Below, in pieces: positions 36,578 through 48,792 of a stretch of DNA of 64,000 nt. The notes beneath the pieces were generated by a model. That model worked only from the letters and a program-made list of their open reading frames with translations. It was not told the origin of the DNA and ran no database searches. Each line of letters opens with the position of its first letter. Within the stretch, counting starts at the first letter, position 1. The position numbers and the translations under genes were made by a program. Source of the DNA: Patellaria atrata CBS 101060 (taxonomy: Eukaryota); assembly GCA_010093705.1 (NCBI GenBank), contig MU006096.1:332004-396003 (forward strand), written 5' to 3'.

Positions 36578-39526
36578 ATGCCATCGCTAGTGGCCGAGGG
36601 ACCAGATCAAGCCTCATTCGCGAACCCGCGACAACTACACAACCAATACCCAATACGGACGTCAGAGAAGGGCCCGACCAAGGCTCATAAAGAAAACGGG
36701 GATTTGGTCAATGGAGACGCTGTGAAACTTAACGGTGTTTTGACAAACGGCCTTGGATCTGGTATGCATTCTCTGCCAAATGGACGATATTCGACAGCGG
36801 ATTCAACGCCTTCAAGGACCGGAAGCTATGCATCACTAGGTACCGCACGAAGTTCTGTTTTAGACAATGCAGGAAGATCGAATGGATTTCGAAAGGACTA
36901 CTTCCATGGTGCGGATGACGGTGCGTTTGCCGGGGTAGAGAGAGCTTCTATAGATGACGGATGCCGTACCATGAAGGTACAGTTGGATATGAATATGGAT
37001 GGTTTTGCACAATCCCGTGTCGAAGGATCTGAAGAATCCGGTCCTTCTAAAGCCGCATTATCAACCGCAGCAGCAAAACCTACTTCTGCTACGTTACATT
37101 CTGCTCCCAATGCCTCAGAGAATAGTCTTCGTGTACCAGGTTCAATTCATCGACTATCCTCACCTCCAGCATTCGCACAGTCGTCTGGTTCCGCCGCTGG
37201 ATCCGCACCATCTTCGTTAAATCATCCTCCGCCGCACAAACTACAGCATCGTCATACCCTAGAAGTCCCGAAGGTCTCCTCGGCGCGCGTATCTAAGGAA
37301 TATACTCAAGGACCTAATTCTTCGAAAGACGTTGTATCAGCCAGTGGGAGATTCTCACCTGAGACTCCGACGCGTAGACGAGGCTCGATGACCCTTGTGC
37401 GACGAGCGACTCGATCAATACATTCAGATATGCACTTGGACGAGCCACTACAAGATGAGGATGCAGCTCGGTGGGCAGAACACATAAAAAATAAACGGGC
37501 AAGCAAAAGAAAGAGGGATGAGGATAAAGACGATGAGAGGGTAGTTGTGGGTACAAAAGTGGACCAGAATCATGTCAACTGGGTCACAGCATACAACATG
37601 TTGACCGGAATCCGGTTTACGGTTTCTAGAACTAATGCGAAGATGGATAGGGAATTAACTGACGCAGATTTTGAGATGAAGCATAAGTTTTCCTTTGATA
37701 TGTAAGTCGCTGTTGAGTATTTCGTCTCATGCTGTGATCTAACCGTCCGTTAGCACTGGAAACGAATTGACACCGTCTGCGAAGTACGATTTCAAATTCA
37801 AGGATTATTCTCCATGGGTTTTCCGGCATCTGAGAAAAATATTTGGTCTAGATCCGGCGGACTATCTCGTCTCACTTACAAGTAAATACATCCTTTCGGA
37901 ACTTGGATCTCCAGGAAAAAGCGGCAGCTTCTTCTACTTTTCTCGGGACTATAAATACATCATCAAGACTATTCATCACGCAGAGCATAAGTTCCTTCGC
38001 AAGATTTTACGTGAATATTATGATCATATTAGGGCAAATCCTAATACTCTTCTTTCCCAGTTCTACGGACTTCATCGTGTTAAGATACCTTACGGTCGCA
38101 AGATACATTTCGTTGTAATGAACAATCTCTTTCCGCCGCACAGGGACATCCATCGCACATTCGATCTGAAAGGCTCTACAATAGGCCGAGACTTCAGAGA
38201 AGAGGAACTCGAAAAGAATCCTCGTGCCACACTCAAGGATCTTAATTGGCTAAGAAGAAATCTCCACTTGGAATTTGGACCTACTAAGAAACGCGCTTTC
38301 CTTGAACAAATGGAGAAGGATGTCAAGTTGCTTCAAAGGCTGAAGATCATGGACTATTCGTTGCTAGTTGGTATTCATGATCTTGTACGAGGAAACCAGG
38401 ACAACTTACGCGACCAAACCCTCAAGGTCTTTCAACCTGGCGGGGATGAGGCGGACGATTCGGGGCATACCAATGTGCTCGCGAGGACACCCTCGAAATT
38501 AGAAGCTACTCGGAAAGCGAAGGAACTGAGGCACTCATTGATGAACCAAAAGCCTATTCCCATGGAAAAAAGTGCGAACAAGATGCCCGACGAAGTACAA
38601 GATGGGCGGAAGCACTTCTATTTCTACTCTGACGATGGCGGATTTCGCGCGACACATGAAGATGATTGTCCAGGCGATGAGATTTATTATCTTGGCATCA
38701 TCGACTGCCTAACACATGTAAGTCACTTCACCTAAATCACGATGCATTCTTAGTGCTTGATTTCGGCTCAAAGTTTAAATCTTTGGGATCTGAATCTAAC
38801 ATACTATACTAGTATTCTCTCATAAAACGTGTGGAGCATTTTTGGAAAGGTCTTATGAACGTCGAATCGCAAATATCTGCAATTCCACCAGAACGCTATG
38901 GTGATCGTTTTCTCCACTTTATTTCGGGCAACACCAAGTCTCGTGAAGAAGCAGAACGAGAACTGAGAGCTAAAGAGAGAAAGGAGGGTGAATTTCTTGA
39001 TGACCCAAGGCTCTCAGGCGTAAACATTCCACGCTCTCCAACCGACATCGTGATGGAGAAAGCGGAAAAGCAGGCCGAGAAAAGTAAGAGAAGAGGTGCC
39101 AGCGAAGACAACACTCCTGAACGGATCATTGCCGCCGTCCGAAGTCCCAGCGCAGACAGAGGAGAACTTGGTTCTACGTTACCAGTAGTGGAAGAAGCTG
39201 TCGAATCCGGCAGTACTGGCGGCAGGAGTGGGAAGAGTGGAGAGATTGATGGAGTCCTGACCCCGAATGTCGCAGCACATGATCATAGTGCCGGGTGTGA
39301 TCATAGTCAGCATCGAATTCCACCACCGACGCCGCCGAAAGAGGAGTGGAGAGAGAAGGACGAGAGACCCACGACACCGCCGAAAGACTATCTGCCTACC
39401 ACGGAAGCGCCACCAACGCCTCCTAAAGAGGATCTTGATCGAGGAAGGGGCAGGGACAAGAAATTGCCACCGCCTCCAGGCGCTGGAGAAATTCAACGGA
39501 GTAGTATGTGGGTTGGATTGTCTTAG
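36578..39526 (+). CDS. MSS4: Phosphatidylinositol-4-phosphate 5-kinase (3 exons); start codon approximate
   Basis: Motifs [59 protein letters not shown] and [12 protein letters not shown]. Confidence 0.95.
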
Positions 39527-40449
39527 TTCTCGTTATAGATGCTGCGACAGCAGGTGTGATCTAAAAGCACACAAATTTCCTTTGTTATGCGTTCAGGTGA
39601 GGGAAGGGGAGTCCAGCATTATCATTTTCCCCTCTCTGTATGGTTAACTATCCCCCTGTGTCCTTGCGTGTTTTAATTTTGCTTTATGACGGTGAATAAC
39701 CATATGGTAGCCGTCTTATCCCCTTTGTTTTTGCCACCTATACCCGGCGTCGTTCTTGCTTTTACGCGTTTCAAGTACGTTAGCATAGATACACTCTCGG
39801 GCTCGTGGGAGTCTCTATCTCCTTGCTGCATCGAGTCCATGGTGGGGAATCTATGGACTATTGCTCCTTTTTGTATCATCATTAGAGTAGTTCATCCACC
39901 TTTCCTGCTTTCGTATGAGAGATGTGATGAATAGTGGAATGCAAATGAACGTTGGAGTTGAAATACTAGCTATACGCAGTCCCTCCCATAAGATTTAAAA
40001 TGCTTGTTGTGTGTCCTGACGATAGTGTCAAATCTTACCTAAGGCGGATGATGAAATAAAATTACTTAGTAAACCATTGTAAATGTTTATGATCGTGCTG
40101 CTATCTATGTAAGTAACTCAAATTCTACTCAGGAGAAAAGTAATCACTCGTATACCTTACTTTGGAAGGAATCGTAATATCAGCACCAGCAGGATTCGAA
40201 ATCAAAATTTCCTACTACCTTACCCTCATCTAAGCAGAAAAAAAGGGGTTCCTTCCCTACAAACGGGCGCGCCTGCCAAACGTAGAAACCACGTACCAGG
40301 CGGTTGCAAGTTATAAGCAACAAGAGCCAGTTAGTTTTCCATCGAACTCGGGGATGTAGCTAAGTAGGCAGGTACCTCGTCCACCTGCAGTGCCGTTATA
40401 CTCAGACCTTCAGAGTCACCCGCGTTCGACTTTCCTTTTTGTCATATTT

Positions 40450-41330
40450 TTTTTAAAAGTCCTCTTTTCCTGAGGTATTCTATCTATTATCATTTCGGTT
40501 CTTATTTTGGAGGTTGGCTAGGTGAGATAGTGATTTAAGACTACATTGACTGAAAACTGAAATAAATAGAAGTTAGTTAAGCCTGAAGTAAAGTATATAA
40601 CTGAAATTAAGGATGAAAGCTACGGATCTCGTAGATTCCATATCCTTTGGGGATTTTTAAATAATATTTCCATATCTTTCGGATTAAAGAATATTAAGGG
40701 ATGGAGAGTTTATCATGGTTAGAACGGAATAACCCTTTCCAGCCCTTATGGGGAGCAAGTGGAAGTAGGGTAATTACTTTGTGCTCGCCTATTAATAAGA
40801 AAGGAATCAGCCTTTAAGTTCGGAAAGGAGCAAGAAGTACAGTATTCAACATAAGTAGAACCAAGGTATGCATTACATTACGAGGTCAAACATATAACTA
40901 GTAGCGTATATAAGTGCTTAAGGCTTGTTATCTTAAATATATCATGGTATGAAATTAAGAAGCAACCCCCCGAAGGATAGATAGATAACATTGATAATTT
41001 TCACCCATAGAAACTACGGTATGGAAACTCTTGAATCAACGCCATAATTTTAGACATACTTAGAATGTATACGCTATAAGAATATCCAGCACACAAGGTA
41101 TTAGATGATGTAACTAGGGTTGCTTTACCCAACTGCTGGCATTAGTAAATAAATGAAATCACCGGCAGGGTGGAAGTCCACAGCCGGAAGAGTGGATGTA
41201 CATGGTGAGCCAGATAGAGGAGGACATACAACTAGAACCTTTTCGGGATATCGCTAGTGTATAGAGTATAGTCAGAAGGAGAATATTGCGGAGCAATTAT
41301 ACGCCAAATTTCCAAGTACCGAAGAGATGT
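40450..41330. other. AT-rich, TpA-rich island; possible RIP-degraded repeat or pseudogene remnant
   Basis: No ORF of 60 aa or more in the track from 39934 to 41327. TA dinucleotides and TAA/TAG stops are visibly dense in the frames translated. No protein family recognised. Confidence 0.4.
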
Positions 41331-41647
41331 ACTATAGACCGATGGTGTACCCGGTTAGGGGCAGTAGCTTCAGCGCCTTTCGGGTTGGAGTCGACCATAC
41401 GAGTCCCCAATTCGACAGGGATGATCGTCTCCGGGGTTTACAGACCCTTAACATAGCCGATGCGGTCCTGATAAGGGTGATAACATGGGGTTGTATTGTC
41501 TATATGGGGGACATTCGATCAAGGCCCCCTCTATAGAGCCAACGGTCTATGCGATATCCCGGACATTTCACCTCAAACCGTACGTATAGCCCAGAAATGA
41601 ACTGTATCGAGAAACATTTCATATCATAGACCGCAGAATAGCGGCTA

Positions 41648-42433
41648 TTATCCACCCCTCCAAATTCTCAAGATACAAAGCTTCTCCCATCCACCCTTCT
41701 TCCCGCTACTCCCAGCTATTTCTGCTCTCCACCCCATTCCCCATGTCTGTATTCTCGCTTTAACTTCCTCAGGCTTGTTCTGTGCGCACAGAAGAATGTA
41801 TGCGATCCCTCTTTCCGAGCTCAAGACGGAAGGTAATTGGGATAACAGTCTCTCCGTGACCTCCATCCCTAGAGAACCTCCGGCATAAGACAAGGCGAGA
41901 AGATGGGATTCTTGATCAAAAGAGAGCGTATCCTGGGGTACATTGTATTTAAGGTGATTATCTAAATCGGGCAACTCTTCAGTGGGCACATACGGTGGGT
42001 TGAATATCAGGACGTCCACGCTGTTGGGGCGTATAGGTGACGTTAGGTCGCAATTTACTACGTCCAGGAATTTACCTGTAGATAGATTTGTATTACTCAT
42101 GGGAGGTATCTCCGCTATGGTGGTATCGACAGTCTTCTTCGTAGCCTGACATGCAAAGTAATTGATATCAGCTCCTAAGGTCAACACTTCCCGTCTCCCT
42201 AGTATTGCTTGGGCGTTCGCTGTTACGAAGGCTAGAACGATACCAGAACCCGTTCCTACTTCTAATATCAGTGGCGCAGGGGTCGTTTCCAAGTTCTCAT
42301 TTTCAAAGAAGCGTTGGTGTAGCCAAGCGGTTTCGGAAGCGGATGAGATTGTATCGAGTAGGAGGAATGAATCTTCTGCAGGTTCGTAGACGCGATCGAA
42401 CGATACATGGGATGTTGATGGAGTTGGGAGCAT
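41648..42433 (-). CDS. MTQ2: HemK2/N6AMT1-type eRF1 glutamine methyltransferase
   Basis: MLPTPSTSHV..VYEPAEDSFLLLD, SAM motif LEVGTGSG, NPPY motif, SYAGG and GWEKL. Confidence 0.95.
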   Translation of the reverse strand: MLPTPSTSHVSFDRVYEPAEDSFLLLDTISSASETAWLHQRFFENENLETTPAPLILEVGTGSGIVLAFVTANAQAILGRREVLTLGADINYFACQATKKTVDTTIAEIPPMSNTNLSTGKFLDVVNCDLTSPIRPNSVDVLIFNPPYVPTEELPDLDNHLKYNVPQDTLSFDQESHLLALSYAGGSLGMEVTERLLSQLPSVLSSERGIAYILLCAQNKPEEVKARIQTWGMGWRAEIAGSSGKKGGWEKLCILRIWRGG

Positions 42434-42629
42434 CCCTCCAGCTTCTTTGAAGAGGATTATATGTCAGTTCGAATCTGGCTGTGACAAGATGTGAAGTGAA
42501 TGCCCAGGGCTTCGTATGTGGCGCTAGCTGCATGGAGCTCTCTCATTCATGATGACATTGAACTTTTAATTCCACTACAGTAACAATCGCCTTAAAAGAC
42601 TCGGTTAGATCTGACACATTTCGATTAAG

Positions 42630-43214
42630 ATGAGGGCATTTCAGAGACTGCGAATGGCTACTCCAACAGGTCCAAATCCCAGAACAACCCCAATTGCCCT
42701 ACTACCACCGATTCCTCTCTACCGTCGACTCCTCCGAGCTCACCGCAAACTTCCTCAAGATATGAGACTCTTAGGGGACGAATATGTGAAGACGGAATGG
42801 CGTTCCCATCAGAAGATTGACAATCCCATCCACATTGTGAGTCGAACCGCCGAGTCACAAGCCATTCAGTCACTAATGAGGTTCTGTTGTAACAGGTTGG
42901 TTTCCTCACAGAATGGCAGATGTACACGCAACACCTCGAGGGTGACTCATGGCGAGAGGCCAAAATGGACAAAACCAAGCTTGATAAGATGAGTGGTTAG
43001 TTACCCTCCCGCCATTCGTACCTTCCTCTCCTTCACGTGCCGTTCCTTCCCCCACTGCGGTAACATGCGGCTTGAAAACGTGGAGACTGACGTATAAACT
43101 TGGTGTAACCCGATAGACGACCAAATCACCCAGCTTTATGAACTCATGCAAGCTATACGGAATCGTGACTTGGAAGACAACGATCCCGAACACGAATCAA
43201 ACAAAGAGAAATGA
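42630..43214 (+). CDS. SDH7: Succinate dehydrogenase assembly factor 3 (ACN9/SDH7, LYR family; 3 exons)
   Basis: LLPPIPLYRRLLRAHRKLP..MRLLGDEYVKTEW, IVGFLTEWQMY and KMSDDQITQLYELM. Introns at about 42838-42895 and 42996-43116. Confidence 0.92.
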
Positions 43215-43621
43215 AGAAAAAGGATATGAGATAGCGGGTGTCGCATCTCATAGCTGGCATTACACGTAAGAAACCAGTATCGAAACCCTTTAACGACGGA
43301 AATCCTGACGTGCATAGCCTCGCTCGAATCCAACGCAGTAGAAAACTACACATCGCAACATACTCCACGCTTTTGAAATCCAACGCGTAGTAGCTTTGGT
43401 TCCACCATAAGCTCGAAATCCGCTCACGACCGCGATTGAATCTCTGCAAACCCCCTTAAGAATCCAGGTCCATCTGTCCAACCGCTTCCTCTACGGTCCA
43501 CGGCTCAAACGAATGTACTCGTTATCAGGTCCACACCACCGTAGTCTACTCATCTCCTCAACATTGCCATTTCACCCTCAAACCAACCGACCCCTGACTC
43601 ACAAATCAAGACAACCGCCGG

Positions 43622-43978
43622 ATGTGCCACACAGCCCTCCAAACCCACCTCTGCCGCCGAAACCATACCTTTCTGATACTCATACGGCCATGTTCGCGCG
43701 GTCTGGATCTCCTTACCTGTCCGCGGTTCAGAGATGGTGCCGTCACCCACCTCACCACTCCCCCGCCATACCGGGACCGTTTCATCGTAGCGGCGGGATC
43801 GTGTCCACGCTGTGATCTACACGCAAGGTATGATGAGCGGTATGTGCGATTGGTCAGAAGAGAGAGAAGGGGTTGGGGGCTCGGTACTGACCCGAGGAGG
43901 AATGGAGTCGGGTGGGATGTAGGGGTTAGTGAGGGACCGGTGGGCCGGATGCAGGGTCCCGGATGCGCGGTTATGTGA
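43622..43978 (+). CDS. Small Cys/His-rich hypothetical protein (118 aa) with a C-terminal CaaX box (CAVM)
   Basis: True ATG after a C/A-rich leader. Pattern MC-x8-C-x3-H...C...C...CPRC, ending GCAVM*. It has the same C-rich to G-rich composition profile as neighbouring real genes. Confidence 0.65.
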   Translation: MCHTALQTHLCRRNHTFLILIRPCSRGLDLLTCPRFRDGAVTHLTTPPPYRDRFIVAAGSCPRCDLHARYDERYVRLVRRERRGWGLGTDPRRNGVGWDVGVSEGPVGRMQGPGCAVM

Positions 43979-44341
43979 TGTTGGAGGCCCAAGGTTTGGA
44001 AGATTTATGGTTCGAGGTTTCGAGTGTAGGCAAACGAGGTGTTCATCTACTTTGAATCTTACGGAGGGAAGAGATATGGGATATATGCAGGTCATGATAC
44101 CGAGGAATCTAGCAAGAGCATGGTCGAATTTCTACTGTATAAACTCCTTCGCGATATCTCGACAAGGAGAATAGGGAGGGACGCGAATCTATGCAGTTCT
44201 CGATATTCTATATCCAGTTTTGAAGGGGAACGTTTAAACCATTCTACTAGTTCATTCTACCCATAGCATCTGGAATAGGTAAATCACAACAACCTCCATA
44301 TTACCCAAAATAGACACCCAATTTCCACACCACAACATCTC

Positions 44342-46157
44342 CTACGCCCCCACACTCTCCCAAACCCTCCCCCCAACCTCCTCAACCGCCCTAACCAAGC
44401 CCTCCACAGTCCCCCTCCTCGTCCCCCCATTAACAACAACCCTAAAAAACAACCCCCTCTCCCCGGGCGCAAAATCCACCATCCACCCCCTCCTCAACAG
44501 CTCCCTCGCCATCACCTTCGTGACGCGATCATTCCGCTCCTTATCATCCACCTCGCCGTTCCGCGCATAGTGAAAGCACACCTGCATGCACGGCAGCGGT
44601 TTCGCACTCACGAGGACAATATTATTGGATTTGGAGAGATGGTCAAAAAGACAAGTAGCGGCGGCATGCGCAGCCTCGACGTACGCTCGAAACCCCTCGG
44701 CCCCGTAATACAGCCACGCGAGATGCAGTTTCAAACTCTCGGCGCGGCGTCCACACTGGGGGGTCAAGTCCGCGAGGTCCCAGACCTCAGCGCCGACGTT
44801 TTCCTCGGGCCCGACGCCCTCGTCGTCGGCGCCGTGGAAGAGATACCCGGCGGGGAGGGTGTAGGATTTATGGAACAGACGGACGTCGCGGCCGAGCAGG
44901 AAGGAGCACGTGAGCGGGACGCCGAGCATCTTATGCGGCGTCACTGCTATAGAATCCGCGCGGTGAACGCTCGCGAGACGGGTGGCGGAGAGGGAGGGGG
45001 AGAAGGCGATGGGGCCGCCCCAGGAGCCGTCGATGTGGAGCCAGAGGTTGTGGCGGTGGCAGATGTCTGCGATGGCGTCGATGGGGTCGAAGGAGCCGAG
45101 GACCGTCGTGCCGGCCGTCGCGTTGACGTAGAAGGGGGTTTCCCCTTTTTCTTGGGACGAGAGGACGAGCGTTTCGAGTTGTGTGGCGTCCATCTTCCCG
45201 GCGCTGTCGACGGGGACGGCGATCACGGCGTCCGCGCCGAAGCCGAACATTTGTGCCGCTTTCTCGACGCTGTAGTGTCCGTGTGTGCTCGTGAAGAGGG
45301 TGAAGCGTCGGCCTTGGAGCCCGCCGCGCTTGGTGCTGGGGAAGAGCGTGTTACGGGCGACGATGATGGAGGTTTGGTTCGAGGCGCTGCCGCCGGGTTG
45401 GGAGATGCCGCCGGCGTGGGGCCCGGTGAGGCCGAAGAGGCGGGCGAGGGCACGCGTCGTGTGTTTTTCGATCAGCGTGAGGGCTGGAGAGACGGAGTAG
45501 ACGTGTGCGTTTGTGTTGAGGGTTGCGAGGAGGAGTTCGGAGGCGAGGCCGACCTGGGGGGCTGTTTAGTAGATCAGTTTTGCTGTGCGGTTGAAAGGGA
45601 GAGAGTTAAAGGGATTGGCTTCAAGAGGAGAAAAGGGCATGAGAACGGAGACTTGAGGATACGGACTCGATGGAGGTGATAGGCCTGAAGAAACTCACCG
45701 CGTTTGTGCTGCCGTACAACTTATCCATGAACCCCTGATCCCACGTGTTGACGCTATATCCCAGTATTTTCTCGACTGCCTTCAATACGCCCTCCTTCCC
45801 CTGTCCCTCATTCGTTACTCCTAGTCCATCTATTCCCCCATCCTGAAGCCCCAACAAGGACTGCAATTTCTTCGGTGGATGGGATTCCACAAGAGTGGTT
45901 CGTGGACCTCCACTTGGCACCTGTAAGCCATGGCCCTCGGGTTTGGAATCCGCATCTTCGTCTGCTGCGCGGATGAAGGGGACAATGAGGCTTAGAACGG
46001 AGTTTATGAGCTGTCAATTCCAATTAGCCTCTAACATGTGGGAAAGTATGGAGAATTGACGTGGGTTAGAGATATATAAAAGACATACGCGCTCAACCTC
46101 GTCTGCACGGTTCATTTTTGGCTCTTTTGTTGAAATTGAGCTCTTATTTGATGCCAT
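44342..46157 (-). CDS. Group II PLP-dependent decarboxylase (animal GAD/CSAD/GADL1-like), 3 exons
   Basis: Motifs NRADEV, YSVNTWDQGFMDKLYGSTNAVG, HGHYSVEKAA, ATAGTTVLGSFDP, HIDGSWGG, TPHKMLGVP (PLP lysine) and QCGRR. Confidence 0.92.
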
Positions 46158-46466
46158 TTCTGAGATAGAAAAATTATTTCAAGTTGATCGAAACTACTTT
46201 GATACGTTCGAGAAAGCTGAAACTGGAACCACAAGTAGAACTAAAAGAATCAGAAAACGAACCACCGATATGTAGTTGAGAAAATATGAACTTTTTATTG
46301 AGACACTGGAAAAGCTATGAGAAAAGTCAATTGTATGATGACAATATGATTCCCCCGCTATGATGTATCGATTGCAGTTAGTCCGTGATCAATCTAATCT
46401 TATCTTCAGCCCTGCTTCTTTCCTCACCCTTGTTGTGATCGCCGGTTCTACCGCATTAGGCAATTA

Positions 46467-46548
46467 CACGTGCACTAACACGTGAAAAACGTCCGAATTT
46501 ACCAGACCCTTGTCAGCACCCTCGCGCATTGATGCCAAAACGCACGTG
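46467..46548. promoter_or_regulatory. Three CACGTG E-boxes upstream of the PLP decarboxylase
   Basis: CACGTG at 46467-46472, 46479-46484 and 46543-46548. Confidence 0.5.
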
Positions 46549-47268
46549 TCACGACATGTCTCGTCTGTGTCCCCGTTTAGGCGATGCTGGTGAAAATTTC
46601 CATCGCGGTACTCATTTTGCAGCCTATTTGTACATAACATTTATCAACACTCCTTCTCACCACCATCTTGAAAACGTAGAAAATCTTCTGGTCATTTCTA
46701 AGTGTTTTACTTTGCCCGTTCTTCGTACCATACATCCCATGCTTCCTAGAAAGTTCTACCATTCAATCCGTTTAGACGCCATAAATCATGTCATCTAGTC
46801 GATATCACGCCCGTTTATCAGATTCCTTCCGTCCACCCGTCCGTCCACGAGCTTACGTCTCCGATCCCCTATTCCCATTCTAAGTCCCAAAGCAGAAGGG
46901 TATCATGAAAGCACGCATCTAAGCCCCGACAGAGCCAAGAGAAGGAGAAATCGACTCGGCTACGGGGGTTGGCTTCTCGGCCGTGACAACTTCCGGGGTA
47001 TAAAGCACATCATCGAAGAGAAATAAGAAGAGCCGAGCGCCAAAAGGAATCCGTCCGTGAAAAAAAAAAATAAAAAAATAAAAAAAAAAATATAAGGAAC
47101 GCTCAAACGCAGCAAATCAGAAAAGCGTAGTAATACATCAAAGAATCAGAATTGAGGATCTTAGGGGTATACTCGTCGCTGAGAGTGAGAAAGAAAGAAA
47201 GAGTTGACCCGGTCAATACAGATTCCTGTGAGGACCTTGGTGGGTAGAAGTCACGATGAGTCATACTT

Positions 47269-48792
47269 CTAACCTCCGAATTCCTTTATGAGACGGTTGA
47301 GTAGCATCACAAAGCTGCCATGAAGATCAACGAAGAAGTCATCCTTCCCCACGATCTCAGCAAGACCTTTTGCACGCATCACGTCCCTAGATACCCGCGG
47401 AAACCCGTCAGGATCCACCTTTTTGGCACATAAGAAAGATGACACAGACGTCGGGTTACGTTTGGTTGGGGAATTCGGAGTCGTATGAGTCACAGATGTT
47501 GCCGGTGTGGGGATTGTGCGCCTGTCCCTTGGAGCACCGCTGATTGCACACGGCATTGAGTTCGTTGAAGAGCTAAGAGGGGGAGTCGACGATAGCAGAC
47601 TTGGAGCAATCCGAGCAGCGGATGCGGAAGCTGCCTCACGTTCCAGGACATTCTCAGCCATTGAGATGATTTGTGAAGCCATTGCTTCGAACAATTTAAT
47701 CACTTTCGTGAAGGCCATACCAACACGCCAAGTATCGCGGCTTCCATGAGCGATAAAGGCGTATGTTCGTCTCTTACCTCGAGCACGAGGGTCGGTGAGA
47801 CGAAAGATATAAGCGATGGTGTGACCTGCTACAGGATCCCCGAAATACATTGGGCCAGAGGACGCGCCTGGAGGAAGACCTTCGCATGATAAGGTACGAA
47901 TGATGGCGCGGCGAAGAAGAGAGTACTTCGATGGAGAGGCTGGTTGTTTCGTTGTGATATATGTCAAAGTATGTGTATGAGTAGGTTGTGGCATATAAAG
48001 AGGAGAAGAGGATGTCGAAGCTGAAGCTGAATCCGGGAGGCTAGAGGCGGAAGAGGACATAGTTCGTGAAAGCCGACTTGCTTCTAGATCGGACGAATCG
48101 ACATCGCTTTCACACCCATCGTCCGGATGATTCCGCGGAGCTCGCAACTGGATCGCTTGTCGGGATCTCAAGATCGGTGTTCCGTTCCTTCCTGCCTTTG
48201 TTGGGCTCCCTGGCGCACCATCGGGTAGCCTGTCACTCACGTACCTAGGGACTAGAAACGTGCAATTTTCACATCCTTCATTATCCAGGTCAGAAATAGA
48301 GCTGTATCGTCTCATCGTTTCCTCACTAGGGATAGCAGGAAAATAAGGGTTATGTTTTCCAGTGGGAGAACGAGGGCTCGTCGGTGGTGTGTCGAAGGGT
48401 GCTATCAGAGATCCATGACTGCTGTACTTCGAGGAAGAGTGATCCCACGGCGGGCAAGAACCGTCAGACTGGGCTAAGTCATCGGAAGGAGGTGTATCGC
48501 AAGGTGTTCGGCAGGTGGCGCATGTGACGGGTGCGGCTTGGGTGCAAAGAATGGACGTAGGGCCATGGATTTCGCAAAAGTGGGCAAGAGAGATCTGGAA
48601 AAAGAGAGATGGTTAGCTATTTCTGATGATCTGCAGCGGCGACTTCTCAAGTTTCGCGCAGGTACGAAATGGCCGGCCTGCATCCCACGCAGAAAGACGT
48701 GGGTGAGGGTGAGGGTGAGGGTGATGGTGGCGGCCTCTCGTCTCCATCGTGGGGATCGCGTGGTATAGGTCTCGACTTACAATGAAATCCAT
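47269..48792 (-). CDS. LST7: Folliculin/Lst7 homologue (N-terminal longin-type region)
   Basis: A 12-nt first exon (MDFI) splices to ISLAHFCEIHGPTSILCTQ, then CENC, RTLSCE, FGD, FRLTDPRARGKRRTYA, and KGLAEIVGKDDFFVDLH. Confidence 0.9.

Noticed and set aside
40181..40435. tRNA-like fragments (minus-strand TTCGAATCCTGCTGGTG near 40184-40200; plus-strand GGGGATGTAGCTAAG...GTTCGAC)
   Set aside because: No T-stem or acceptor-stem pairing can be formed, so there is no cloverleaf.
44570..45679. 369-aa plus-strand ORF
   Set aside because: Antisense shadow of the GC3-rich decarboxylase gene.
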